Shown one piece after another: positions 48,967 to 63,500 of a DNA stretch of 64,000 nt (the first letter of the stretch is position 1; each line of letters begins with the position of its first letter). Source of the stretch: Balanoglossus misakiensis (taxonomy: Eukaryota; Animalia; Hemichordata); NCBI GenBank assembly GCA_040954595.2, contig CM082586.2, positions 5,876,509 through 5,940,508 on the forward strand, read 5' to 3'. Made by a program: the position numbers and the translations under genes. The notes beneath the pieces were generated by a model. It searched no databases, had not been told where the DNA came from, and saw only the letters and a program-made list of their open reading frames with translations.

Positions 48967-51900
48967 TATAAAATTGTGAACATGGCAGCCTTTGACAATG
49001 TCGCTTGCCCTCAAAGTCATGGTCTCCATATTTGGGTCACGGTAACGCTTGAAGTGACAAGCGTTTGGGGTATATACTCTATTACAGTGACTTCCACCTA
49101 TAGGCTAACATATTCCTCCGAGCGCTGCAGGGACGTTGGCGCTAATGAATTGCAAGGCATATTTATCGAATGCTAGCATGACGGCATTTATATTAACTGC
49201 TTTTTAATACGGTTATAATTGAGTTTAAATTAATGGCATGCCTTGGCAGCTCGCCATTCACATCCGACTTTCCCCTCTGTCGCTGATTAGCCGGCCAGCG
49301 TTCTGACAGCACAGAACGGCAGCGACATTTTCGATTGTTAAGAGGGACCGCTGAGCTTGACGGCAAACGCAGCGCAGACGTGTCGTGTGGTTTGGTTTGG
49401 TTTAATGTACTGGTAAAATCCACGACTGAATCTTGTTGAAGGGAAGCAGTGTGGTATTGGTGTATACGTGCAATGAAACGGTCTCCGAGTAAACTCGTAC
49501 ACCGAACACGGTTAATGGCACGGTTTTACATGTTCCAAAGAGTAATCACTCGGCCATTAAATTGATCAGTGTTCCACCTACATTTAACCTGGTGATATAC
49601 TAGTATTTGTACATCCACTTAACGGGCAGTCTGATACATGTGTATAGACATCGTGACTTTCACTTGCAACAACCACTAAAAAGACAAACATCAAATACGT
49701 TTTTAGGAGGCCTTAATAACCCGAGCGCAATCTGCGGTCATTTGCCACCGCCATTTTATTTGCACAGGGCGAATAGAGGTAAGAACCAGATGGAAATCGT
49801 AACCTCGGTTACAGCTTTAACGGTGGAATAGTCCATATAGTGCGTTTTATCGAAGTCGTAAACAAGACCAAATGCCCCGTTACAAATTAGCACAGGAGAA
49901 GTTGGCTTGTCAGCTATTCCAGTGAATAAACAAACATTTAACAACATCTTTTCATCTTCGCCGTAACTGAGATGAATGCAGACACAGTCCATAACCTTGG
50001 CGTTCCTGGAATGACTTATTTAACTCGTATCACACTCAATTATAAGAAGTGACGTAAAACGGAGGTAAATAACACGACTGTATTGACCTCCACATATATC
50101 TTACAATCGAAGAGCTGATAGAGAGTCATCATGGACCTTTGTAAATGCTTTATAAACACTCTGTGTGGGCCAGTCGTTGCAGTTGGCGCTTTCAATGATG
50201 CTCGACCCGGACAGGTGAAATGCGAGAAAACACTCCCAACCCATCTGCGCCCAATAACACACCTCATCCGTACGTAGTCCTTTCGCTGTTCTGTGATTGG
50301 TCAAAGCAATGCCAGGTGGACTGTGTCCCCCAGGCCAAGGAAATCTAACCGTTTAGGGAGATAATTCCCTCGACCAGATAATAAATAAGTAACGAAAAAG
50401 AAGTGTGGTTTTGAATCCGTTACATACAAATATCACTCTAAATGAGGCCGAGAAGTCCTAAAATCAAGTATCATCAGCCTATATTTAAAAGTGACATAAA
50501 AGTATTATTTTAATTTTCAATTTTTTCAGAATTATTTTTTGTTAGAAAGATTTGCAGCACATATCCTCAATTGTTAAACCTTCTCTGGAATTCCGGGAAT
50601 GATTTTGATCCAAAACTATACGATAATAAGAACTCTTCACCTGAAACGCAGAGAGCTTTGGAGATAGAGGTTGCTTGACGTATAATTTTTAAAAGACGAA
50701 TGCCCTTTTTGGAACACCATATTTTCTGAACATAAATTGACCGTTTGTGTAATTTCAACATTTGTTTGGTTCTGTGCATACAGAGGCCACATAACATTGA
50801 AAGTTAATGGATACTGGAACCACGTGTTCTTTGTCTGCGCAGGGGAACGGCGCTTTGTAAAGTAAACAGTGTGCCCATATTTTCCTTTTTATGTTGAAAG
50901 AATTTAGTATTTGATTTGCACATATAAATGGTATATGCCTAACATGGAAACCTAAACATTGAGTTAACCATGCTCCCGGTATACAAAAAGACACAACTTT
51001 ATAGTGCGCAAAATGTGTAGATACTCTATCGAATTTCCACGGTTGCGAGGTGATGGCCTCTAATCAGTTGTTCCGACTATACATGTACGTGTATGATCAA
51101 AAACATGCGTGTAAACGCCGTATGGCGCTATTGTTACCTCACTATGGGTGGGAACGTACATATGCTGAACCTATGAAGAAAGCATCTTTGCCGCGAACCG
51201 GTTATTAAGTGAAGGTCTAGTCACGGCCCAGAGTCGTCTGCCATATACCTGCGAGGAGTTCACGGTGATAGTGATTAAATCGGAATATTTTCGCTGAGAG
51301 CAAATCTCCGAAGGTCTGGAAAAAGTCGCCTTCACATTAGAGGCAACTTAATGCTATTAAACGGCAACATGATGTTTTGCGGAGGAATGCGAGTAATTAA
51401 TGACATTGGGGTTTTGGGGTCGGCCACGGGGCAGACGAGCCTTCACATCCTGTTATTAATTACAGTTCGTTTAATATGTCGTTAGGAGCCTTCCGGGCGT
51501 TTATGCTTATTCAGGTTATCGGAATCCGCGTCACTGATCTGCTCCAGTCAGAGACCTCTCGCGAACCTATCTCTGACCTCGTGTGTTCAATGAAGCGCTA
51601 GGCTGTCGGCGGAATTCAATTTTACCGGCCTAACACTACCTGTTAACGGATGGCGTAGACATGTTTCAATTCTGTGTTTTCTTTAAAACAATTATTCGCA
51701 ACATCATGCCGTTTACCCCTACCTCTCTGCAAGTGAACGAACCCACGTTGACAGCTGTATCAGCGATGGCTAATGGAAACGCCATACGGCGATGTTTGAT
51801 CTGTATGTTGAACCAATTCCTACAGGAATCATTTTGCCGTGTTATGCGTTCTATCCCATTGTCAAAAATACAAGTTTACCAACACATTTGACACCAGTAT

Positions 51901-54793
51901 ACCGAACTAAGCAACATGACTATGTGAGCTGGCCATGCATATCTAGGTTCGGCCAACCTTAAAAACTCCGTGTTGGGAAATCGTTTATATTGATTGAAAC
52001 ATGAAAATAAAATGACTATTTGTTCAATAGGAAAAAAAATGAATTAATAGCCAGCATTCCATAACGAGCGGTTAAGGGTGCAGTTAATCAAGCCAGAACA
52101 TGCAGTTAGGGACCAATCCCGCCAACTTAGACACATTTCCATTATTTGCAAATCGATTTTTAACTGTTTACATGATTTGTCGAATCCGTCAAGTGGTGCA
52201 GTTTCACTCACAAACACTCACCATTTCACAAAGTAAGATCGTCGCAATCGCTGACGGCATTGTCTGACGCACGAGCAAAATATAAAGACAAACACTCATT
52301 TCCTCATCGGCCGACATGCACAACATTTAGCTGGCTTACCTCATTCACTGTAAAGTCACGCACAAAGTTCCCGCAAGTTCCAGGCAATGCCCCAGAAATC
52401 CCAAAACGACACTACGTACAGCTGTGTACATTATTGCATCTGCTTGCGATGGTGGCGGCTGTATTGTGTAGTTTGTGATCTAACTAGGCAACTCGGTGTC
52501 TCGTATTCTGGCCAACTTGAAGGCACAGTCGTCAGTCTCGTTAGTCACACACCTTTCGCGATTAGTGTCATCATATGTTGTTCCCCATGAATGCAATGAA
52601 AGTGGCTCTTGACTTCTACGTCACTAACAAACGATGCGTGTAGTCTACGATGCGTGCGTCTGACATCTTGTAGCGCTGTGTCAGAACCCCTGTTTCTGTC
52701 AATAAATGGTTACACTGAAGCGAATTACGTAATATACCTTGACACTTGGTTAACTCACCTGAAAGGGATCGATCGATTTGCCTCTTTGACCACCCTAATC
52801 TTTCCGCTATGTACGTAACAGTTAGAAAAGCCAGTATGATACAGTGAACACATTGAAACATGGTTTCAATGCGTAAAAGAAGACCATAATACGCTGACAA
52901 AAGTTTCTTTTCTCGGGGTCTTTAACCACGCTCACTCCATATGGAGTGACTGTGAGTTAACTCAATTATCATATCGCATTTGCTATCGAACGACTCCGTT
53001 GCCATTTCAATGTAAAATCGTGCAGATTCTTTTGTTTCTGTCTATGACCTCATAATAAGTAATCGTTACGGATAACTGTTCCGTTTAAACCGTTACATTA
53101 AATCCAAATGTTTGTTGGTTTCTAGTATTATAGTAGATCGAGTACAAATTTACGTTAATCATGCCACTCTCAGTCGTCACGCTGTTCAAGAGATAACACA
53201 GGAGCTCTGCTGCTTGGACTTTCAAATGTCCACACATTTGATATATTATAATAAGTCGTGCTGTAATGTAGATACGTAAACCATTATCTGGAAAGTGAGA
53301 GAGCATTTCAAGATGGCGAGATGATTTACATAATCACGAGTTACTATCTCGAGAGCACGTGATAGCTACTTCGAACGCGAAAATGTTCCTAACGGGTTTT
53401 CATATATCACTGACATTGTTGCCTCATCCGTTTTACGGTTTCGAAGGGGAAACGTCGACATTTATCTTGAAGGATTGCATTATTAACAAGTTAAAATTGA
53501 CGGGTGCCACGCTTTTTCCTATCGCGAGCTTTCGGGTAATTTTGAGGGGAAGTTTAATATGTTCACCGTTCCCGAGATAGCCCTATATTAATTTTACACG
53601 AATGCCCGAGTGTTGACGGGAAGGGGAAATCCAAAAGAAAATGCCGACAGGCCGCTTTATTTCTGCTTTCCAAAGAGGTGCATTTTGTTGAATTTTTAAT
53701 GGAGGAAGTTTTACTGTGCGTCGAATCTATGCAAATTGAAGTAGTTTCTTTTTCTCGAAGATCGGCATTTCCACCATTCCCGTAATTGCGCGCAATGTCG
53801 CTAACGCGCACGCTTTGTCATTGGCTCGATTGAATTTAAATAATTCAGAAATCTTCCTGATTCAGGGTACAGTCAGCTTTGCGTTATGAACTGAAATGTA
53901 TCTCTCGGCAACACTGGAGGAAATCAGGAACAAATGTCATCTTCATCCCGAACAATCCTCGCTGTCGATATTTCTCCGGTTCAATTGTCACGTAATCAGC
54001 TATTCACTGTCGCAACCAAAGAGGGGGCTTTTGCTGTATGAGTTTTTTCTGTCATCTGTCATCAAACACGTCGGAGTTTCGGAAATCAGCTGTTGATTGG
54101 AGTCGTTTTTGTTTTGAGCGGATTCACTGGACTCTGTAATAGTCGGCTCACCAGGCGCACGTTCAGACGCTTGGAAACCATAACAACCACATCGAACTCT
54201 GAATAGACCTAATTGTGTGGGAAAATTTCCGGGGGCTATTCGGGAAGTCTAGAATAAAGGAGGTGGATATGAAACTAGCAGGACACAAAGGGAGACACCT
54301 ATACACCTACTCACACAGTCGAAGATAACAACTTTTTTTGTGATTGATATCGCAAAGGTGAAATTGATTGGGAAGGGGGAAAATAGTGTTTTTTCGCTTC
54401 TCTTTCGATCACCTGAATATCTCACAGTCCCCATGAAAAGTCGGTTACATCAATAGGAATGTCAACCGAAGTATAACACTATTCGCGGCTGCAAAGCCCC
54501 GCGGACTTCGCGGTTTACACGCGTTTGATATCAGTTTCCATAAAAAACGACCCTTTGATAGTTGCAGTGCTCTCATGTGTAAATGAGTGCTCTGTCGAAC
54601 ATTCTGAACCGGTTAGACTTTCTTCAAGTGCAGGGTTTCCTCAGTGAGGACCCGTGAACACCAAATCAACCATCACTTCAGATCATCTCACGTCTCCTTA
54701 TTTTTTCACGGACTGGTCGAAACGAGCTGCAGCTGCCAAGGCCCCCGTACAAACCAAAGAAAATCTCCGTGTGACATTTAAACATTAGATTAA

Positions 54794-55131
54794 AGGCTGA
54801 TGATCGTCTTGTGCGCATGTGTGTAATGTCGTGCGTACAAACATTACGTCCAATCCAAATGTTCTGTAAATTTTGCGTTCGACGCATTGAAATAGTAGAC
54901 TGCTTTCGCTTCCTTCCATTTTTTATGCGCACTGTATAAGTAGACTTAAGATTTGTCCCTTCTTTTCACCCAATTTGCTGTTATTTCCTGATATCAGACA
55001 CAGACTATCGTCGCCGCCATCTTGTCTGCTGTTAGTACAGAGCGCGTGCACCACCTTATGGTAGTGACTGTATGCTGTTTGTTTAACCAGTCTCTGGTTT
55101 GGCACATGCGAATAAGACGATCGTCGCCCTT
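54794..55131 (+). mobile_element. ~340-bp MITE with ~30-bp TIRs and TTAA TSD (Kolobok-like)
   Basis: TTAA-AGGCTGATGATCGTCTTGTGCGCATGTG ... CACATGCGAATAAGACGATCGTCGCCCTT-TTAA; purine-start and pyrimidine-end termini. Confidence 0.78.
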
Positions 55132-57335
55132 TTAATGAAGCAAAATCAAATAATCCAATATATACTTCAGAAGGTATTGTCGGAGGTAAATGTCATTGAT
55201 TTCTTTTAGACATGTACAGCACTGAAATTACTATTGCGTAGGTGACAAATACTATTTGGCTTACAAATCTACCAGTAGCCCAACTAATAGCATGTCACTT
55301 AATCATTTATTTTTTTCCCTCGTGAGGAAAAAAATATCATAAAACCACTCTGGATATACAACCGCGGATAAAAACTGTTCTTTATAAACACTTGAGGTAA
55401 TATACACTTTTAGTTCGGGTCGTGATAAACATGTTCACCCCCTGAAAATATATCCATAAATATGTCAAACCGCATTTATTTATTACGTGAAATTATAACC
55501 AAGACAATTGCAGTCAGTTTAGCACCATCAGAATTTTTACTGTCGAATTGATGATAAGTATTCCAGGGTTCTAGCGAAAACAGCCCCTTTAGTCGTCTTG
55601 ATACCATAATTGAATGAACCATATGGCATGGTACCATTCAATATGTGTCAACTCGGTCGATACTCAGCAAGTGAAGTGACGTCCAGACGGTGTGACATCA
55701 CGAGTGGAAAATCAACAGCATTTCATTTGTTACGCTGAGTGCTGAGCGGTGTCAGTCGTGGAGAGCCCATAACACATGCCTTTCATCACCGCACTACACA
55801 CTGCTAACGCCACCGTCTTGGAACATAGCGAAAAACAACGTCTCCCTGTCCTCTCAACACTTCAAGATACTCTTGAGTTTTTGGGGTCATGTTTGGAATA
55901 ATTTTTGAAAGAAATCTAAATCAGCCGCAATACCCTAACTGTCTTCAGGCACAGCTTAACTCCTGAAATCGTTTCTGATGACAAATATTTGATCAAACTT
56001 GCCGAATATATCAAGTTACGCGGTCCCAATGCATTTCAAATACTATTTTCTAATTATGAAAGGGTACTACTTTTGCCTCTATGTTATCAAATGTCACTCA
56101 GAACCATTATAGTGTATGCATTATTGTATTAATGGCGTCATGGAATCGCAATTGCAGAAAACAATTTGGATCAGACGGATTGCCATAAAAATCTTGAAAA
56201 ATCTGTATGTTTGTAGGCTTAAGTAAGGTAGCTTGTGAGGTTCGTGACAACATATGTTATTATCGCAAATTTCTTTGTCAAAACATGTGTTACATACCAA
56301 AGTAAACCTCTCACTTAACTTTAATACGATTCAAGTGACGGATTTTCTTCTAATTCATCCAATTTTGCACTATCCTGGCTGTTGCTTTTAGAACTGTTGT
56401 TCGATGTAGTGGTTCTGATGCGTGGTTGAAATAGCTGGTAAATCAGCAAAATGGGTGGAGCAAAACTTAAGTGCGTGTTTGCCTGTTCGAACACTTGTCG
56501 ACACCTCTCGTTTACTGTAGAGGAGGCGGGTTAGTTATAATAATTAGTTTCAGGCATATTCTAAATGAAAGCAACAGCCCTTGTAACATAACAAGGTCAC
56601 ATACGCGGCGTACTCTAAAAGGCAGAGTGTGCGTAAACGAGAATATTCGCGTGTTGCCTTGACATTAATGAACATATCACCATCAGAAAAATATCAATAA
56701 TTAATTCTTACTCGTGGCTATACCCTGTTACCTTGGGGACCGCGGAAACTTTTACGATGTATTTATGATAAAATTCCCTGAAATCTGTTGGTGCAGAATA
56801 CAACGTTACAATTAAACATAACTGCCGCGGGTCGACGAAACTGGACTATATAAATTAATCTATCACGCGATAAGAATAAAAGTAATAATTAAGCAGATTT
56901 AATGTCTCACTTTGACCCTTGCAGTAGCAAAGAATGAAAAGTGCAGATATACAAAGTAAATATTTTGCAATATAATTAAATATTTGTTGTTTTTCACATT
57001 ATGTATTAGGAACAAAATTTCAACGCAACAGTTGAATACACTTCATCAACATACTAGTATTTCATTCAAACTTTGCTGGAGGACAGACATTGTAGTGCAC
57101 ATCTATTTGCAACATGTTCCAAACCATATTGCTACTTGTCTGCCGTATTGTCACCCTTTTCACTCCTAGCCTGTAGAGACAAAATCTAGATTGGTCCCAT
57201 TTAGAGACATATACTAAAACATGCATCATATTCATGCGAGTTGATCTGTTCCGATGCTTTATTATAGTTTAGTGTGTGGGTGACGTTACTAAGCTTAGCT
57301 GTTTCTTATGTGCTTTTGCATCTTTTTTATTTTTT

Positions 57336-57568
57336 ATAGTGGACTGCCTTCGCATCCTTCCATATTTCATGCGCACTGTATAAGTAGACTTTAGTTGTGT
57401 CCCTTCTTTTCACTCAATATGCTGTCTTTTCCAAACCTCAGACACAGACTGGTCGCCGCCATCTTGTCTGTTGTTAGGACAGCACACTGATTCATGGCAT
57501 TTACTGTATACAATTTTTGTAACCATAGTCTCTGGTTTGGCACATGCGCATAAGACGATAGTCGCCGT
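57336..57568 (+). mobile_element. 5'-truncated copy of the Kolobok-like MITE
   Basis: Shares ATGCGCACTGTATAAGTAGACTT, TCGCCGCCATCTTGTCTG and AGTCTCTGGTTTGGCACATGCG with 54892-55128. Confidence 0.8.
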
Positions 57569-60500
57569 TATGATATACCTCGACAAGTTAGGCAGTTCTA
57601 CCTTTTCAAAAGTCAGAATTCGGTAAAGTAGAATCAGATAGACTGAATCGTGACAGCGGATTTATCCTAAAAGAGTTGGCAATATAATTTACACATGTTG
57701 CGAGAACAACAAAATTGCTTTTGCATTCCATGCCGTGGGCGGTTGGAGGGTTTCTCGTAAAACCAAAATAAGGCAATTCTCACTGCGCACTTGGATGTAA
57801 CACATAACGTCAGTTTGACATTGTATTAGGTCTTCGCGCCTGGTTTGATTATTCCACCGGTCGCTACTTATAAGAGTCACTGTGAAAAGGGATCTGTAAA
57901 ATAGTAATGTCACAGCAGGCTGATTTCACTTGTACGCATGACTGACTGTAAACCCAAATTTCACTTCTACGCAGGACCATCAACCCAAACCGTTTGTGCC
58001 TGTATACTTTGAGTAATCAGCGTTGTCGAAATTTACAAAACTAAAACAGTCGTTTCATTCGAGAGTTGAATTGCTAATGGAGAGTGATGCTATAAAAAGC
58101 GAACTTGTTTGGAGACAAACAGAACCAATACATCATATGCTGAATACATACACAAAATAGCGTGACAGATTGTTTGTCTGTCAGATTACCCTAAATAATT
58201 CATGGCAAACAATGTTTGCATGGATATATCTTTGGTCAGCTGCGTATTACTGAACTGAATTTCAGGTTCCAATGACCTTGTAAGTGGTTTAAGTGTGGGT
58301 GTAATGTTTTAATGAATTTAGGTTCGGCAGATCAATATAGGTAGATTAACTTACTCGGGACACAGTACAACTATTCCCATGATAAATGTAATAATAAGAG
58401 CGGGATGCACAAATCTTGTTGTAACAAGTGTGTATCACATTAGTTTGATACCCTGTACTGTCTGTTGACATGCAATATCTTGATGACAATTTGTTGTGAT
58501 GATGATCGATACTGCGTCTACATACTGATGAATTACCCAGCTTGAATTAGACCTCACTGTACAAGTAAACACAGGCAACATTTGCAATTGCTCTTTTTCT
58601 GAAAAGAAAATATTGATGCTTTCAAATGTGACCCACGAAGGACCAGCTTTTGCACAGTTACCATGAATAAATCTTCAATCTCGTCGACTGGAGAATTGAC
58701 ACGCGTCGCGCCTAGATACTTTGGTAAGGTAGGGCAGTTGCAATCCCAAACCTCACACGTGTTTAACCAAATTATCAGTGCCAGCGGGACAAACGTAGAT
58801 ACTATCTATGTACATCTGTAAAATTGTCGTCGGGTATTTCACTGGAAGTATCTGAAATATATTTTTTACATGTTATCAAAAACAGAAATGTCAAACGGTG
58901 TTATTTTCCAGCATGTGACCATAAATACACATTGTTGCAATGACAAGTGACTTAATCTTTCATTACTAATAAACAGACCCAAATCCTCTAAACAGCACAT
59001 CTAGAATTAATGAAGTAATCGTAAATCGAAACAGATATGAAATTTAGCGCGGTGCTTATAAAAAATTAATGCGATAAAACAGTCGCCTTTAAAGACGCTA
59101 CCGAGGAGTAATGAAAGAGCTTTTTTCTTGTTTGCCTTTATCAAAGCAATCCAATCACCGTGGTTTTCATTCAAGGTGTTATCTTCTGTTTTCTTAGTCT
59201 CCCAAGGCGGAGGTCAAAAAGAAAATCCTATCAAGGTGCAAATTTAAGGCTTTTTGTGTAAGACGTATCTGATAACAAACCATTCATATCTAAGGTCAAA
59301 TGGATAGCCCGTGAAATTGAAAGGATCTTGTTCTGGATCCACGGTTTAATTTCCCTTTGGATAAAATAGCCTTGCTGTAAGTACAGCTTATTATTTGCAT
59401 TTGGGCCTATTAATTATTTACCTGCCGTGAAATGTGTTCGAAAATTCGACTTGTCCCAAGGTTTATATGTATATGAATTGTAACCGCTGACCGATAGCAT
59501 CTGCCTATTGATCACCGATATTTAATAACGAAAATCAGAGACGTCAATAGTCAGACGGAAGGAATACAATAACCTTTGATGGACGCTGCCATAATTATCT
59601 GTCATTTCAATCGAATCGTGCCATATACACCCACACACAGTAGTGGGATTTTAAACGTCGACATTACAGATTTTAAGTCGTGCTAAACTTATTTCATCTG
59701 TCTTCTTATTGAAGCGGAGAGCCTTAACCAGAAGGTTATCACTTTTAGCTCGTATGGTAAACCCGTCAGCTCGTGCCGTTCTGATAGGCGTGTCATCTCA
59801 ACGGCTCACTTCGATAGGTTTTTACTTCGTGCATTTTCAAATGTTATTTTTCCTGTTCAAAGTTTCAGATTGACCACGTAGCACTTTAGCTTATGAACTT
59901 CCATTTCTTAAACTTGGCAAAAATAACTTGCATATAAGGGCATCCCTTACTTTGAAGGTTTCCTGTTCAGAGGCAGTGCTTACAATAGTGTGGGGCTGTG
60001 CGGCACTTCATAAGCTTCCGAAAAAAATCATGTGAACTGGTTGATGTTTTTCAACGTTGTCATGCGCAGTGCCTTCAGGCCTAATACTGTACTTCTACCA
60101 GGATTAATCGATGGAATCATCATAAATATATACTGCCCTCTTTAAGCCTAATGCGATATACGTAATATAAATTATGAACCATCCGCTGGAAGCTAGGCTT
60201 TAAGGAATTAATGGATTAAGGATACCTTTCTCCATAAATGCCAAAGAAGACAGCGGCTAATGCTGATACCGTTGAAATGATATTGTATCATCTAAACTTG
60301 TGTTTTTACACTATGGTGGTATTCGCGATGTCCGTCATGGAAGACAGAACCTTCCGTATAGTATTTGGCAAGTTGAATGTACTGTTTCCTGTTTAATATG
60401 TTCACGGAAGGTGCCAATCTGGCCCCAGTTCATTACATAAAAAATTAATTAGAATTTTGCTTAAATTGTTAATTTTCTAAAGGGGATATTCTAATCGCAT

Positions 60501-63500
60501 TATGTACAATGCCATTGATAACCTGACAAAAATATATGCATGAACAAGTCAGTGTTCTTTGAAAAAAAATTGTCCAGTTTTGGATCGCTGTACTGTGTAC
60601 ACGCGTAAGTGAAGGAAACGGTCAACAAAATGGCGGGGCAGACTAAACTTCACTAGTGAATCACCATGTTTTCAAATAAAATAGTTGAAATGTAGTCTAC
60701 AATTGAGTCAGTCAGTTCACCCACTGCCATCTGTTCACCAACCTATCATATGTGTTCCTGTCCGACACCGACGAAGGATTGAACAATGAAAAGAAGACTT
60801 ATTGACTTGTTTATCGTAACCTGGCGCCAAGCACATTTGACATATACAGGTTCTCTTCCCATAAACCTCTTAATTGGACTCATTTGTAATAAACATAAAT
60901 GCGCAGCGAATACAGAAGATCAATTTGTTCAGTTGTAATGGGCCCGTGTGAGGAAACGAAAAGTTATCAAGGCAGATGGCTATAGGCAGAGATTACGTGA
61001 CGTCGATAACAAGATGGACCATTAAAAGTATTAGGCTAAATCTAATAGTATTGTAAATCAATTCTTCTATAGAATTAGCAGGCATTCGGTTCGTAACCAG
61101 TGCTATCTCACCTCATTATTCACGTTATCTGGTACATTTTATGGTCAAGGAAATGTGATTTAAGAGGGGACTCGAGGGTGTGATACAAGAGGAGGAAGCA
61201 TCGCAATCAAATTGCTCATTTAGGGAAATGGTTCCTCAACCTTGCCTGGCAGGAATCCTCTTGAAGACTAATTTATTTGCTCATCTATGTTTTATACATG
61301 AAAGACTGTCGTGTTCATTAGGTTTATTGCATCGACAGAAAACAATTTACTGTTTATAATTCTGCAAGAGGGACATTTACTAAAAGATCCTACTCTTTTC
61401 TCCCAAAATGAACAGCCGTTGATATAGTGTCGTATAGAGGAAGTGTGCAGTGATAAAATGCTTTGTAGATTTTGTATTAAACGGTTGTAAGGAAGCAAGG
61501 TTGTTAAAACTAATCTGTGTCTTGTACGTCAAGGGTGAAAATTGCCACTGTGGGGTACATTTTCAAGGCTTTAGAAAAACAGCTTTTGCACCAACCAAAC
61601 ACCAAAGGCTTTTCCTTGCACTGATGATCAATTTAACCATAATAGGTCAATTGCCATTGAAAGGTACTTGGCCAAGGACTGTACACAGCTGTTTCGCAAA
61701 TTAAGTACCAAAGCCATTATCAAGAGAGCATATAATGAGTCATACACAATGTGCGTGCGTTTTGAGAAATTTGATATAAACACTGTTTTCACTTTTGCAT
61801 AGTGCACGTCAAATACGGGGCTACCTTGCGGTCCTTGACATTAACGGTCCAAAACTGTTTACCCAACTCAGCATGTACTTAAGCGTCACGCTTCATTAAG
61901 GGAAAAGTATGACGTTCACTTGAACTTTGAGGGGGCTCAGTTTATTTAGAATTACCGCACAGGAATGCAGATCGCTATGTCCATAATTGTTGTCTTTGTC
62001 AGTAGCGAGTAATATCTGATGCTAATAAGGAACACTGGATGGATAATTTGACAGCGAATTTATTTTTCTATTAGCTATGATGAATCGCTTTATAATCAAA
62101 GGATTGAGAAATGTTTGTCTATAATTTTATTCCATATAGATACTTGGATAACTAGGTCGACTGGGAAATTCCAGCTAAGGTATTTGCTGACGAAAACCAT
62201 GTCAAATGTTGTGTATAACATCGATTGTAAAGTCATACAAAATGTTACGTGCTTAAGAGTACCTCGATATACATTGGACAGCTATAGCTTGCTGCACGGT
62301 TTGGGATTTCTTCCCAGAGAAATTATTCAGAATACATGTCTCGGGAATGATGTGCCTGTTTCCTGACACTTTCCATTAATCAATTTACAGGAACGTTTCG
62401 CCGTAAAAATCCAAAGAAAATCCGTCATTAAACCTGTGCCACTGCCCAGTCAAATTAACAGGAGCCCAGTCTGAAAGCGCCTTTCAGAAGGAAATCTATT
62501 GTCTGGCACTAATACATGTAATGATGGCTGTCAGAATCTACACAATAGCCAGTCTTTGATACGTCTCCTACGAGTCGACTCACATCTTCACCGTTTGCTT
62601 CGGTTCATATTAGTAATCGGTGATTATCGCTATTTGGCTGCTTCGAAGATAGCTTATTCGTAAATCTCTTGATGTCGATAAATCGACAGCTTGGAGTTTT
62701 AAGAACTACTTTTGGCGTGCAGGCGTAGAAACTGTACTTCACACACAGAAAACCAATACCGAGAGAATAACTCGTTCAAGGATAACTTTGTTATTTACCT
62801 TTTCTAGAAGTTTCCAGCTATAAAGGTGCAGTGTATAGAACATACTCGTAGGACTGATAAATTACTTACTTATGATCTAAAACCTACGAGAATATTAAGC
62901 AATTGGATTTCACAATACAGTGTAAATTAAAGTTTTGCCTTTTGTACAATTCCAGTTAAATAGGGGCACTGTAGCCCAGATACTATTCTGCCTACGTCAC
63001 TGATGTTCATTTAATATGCATGCATAGTACATCACATCAACTATCATGATAAAAGTAGAAGCCCAAGAACAAGGGACCTTTGAAAGAGTTGTCGTTGTTA
63101 TTTCGTCTTGTGATGAATACCCTATTTGTCAAAGTAGAAAGCTGACAATGCACTTTTTGCGGATTTAGACAGCTTTATGTTGAAGATAAAAGAGGGAGTT
63201 AATTTTGCTGGCTGCAACTAATTGCAAGACGATTGGATTTCAGGTCCCGGGGATTAGTGAGCTGCCGCTAGAGGCCGTCGTGATGTACGTCACGGAGTCT
63301 TGTTGGCGAGCAATAAGTAACACCTTGAATACTAGAGAGATTTCACGTAATCAGCTTTGCTGAAGCCATTATCAGCGTTTCTCCGCGGCCAGACTTGGGG
63401 GGAAAACACACCTTTGAAGCGACGGCTTAATTTTCAATGGCCATCTCAGTTTGGCCAAGGGCTGATGTTGCAGAAGGCTAAACTTGATGCGGTATTTATC

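Noticed and set aside
54892-57568. Two ~230-bp direct repeats 2.4 kb apart, suggesting an LTR/TRIM element
   Set aside because: The first copy extends into a complete element with its own TIRs and TTAA TSD, and a third inverted copy lies at 30.8-31.1 kb. These are independent MITE insertions with no TG...CA ends or PBS.
46135-62366. Many 60-126-aa ORFs in the distal region
   Set aside because: No domain motifs, composition typical of random AT-rich DNA, and no consistent splice pattern.
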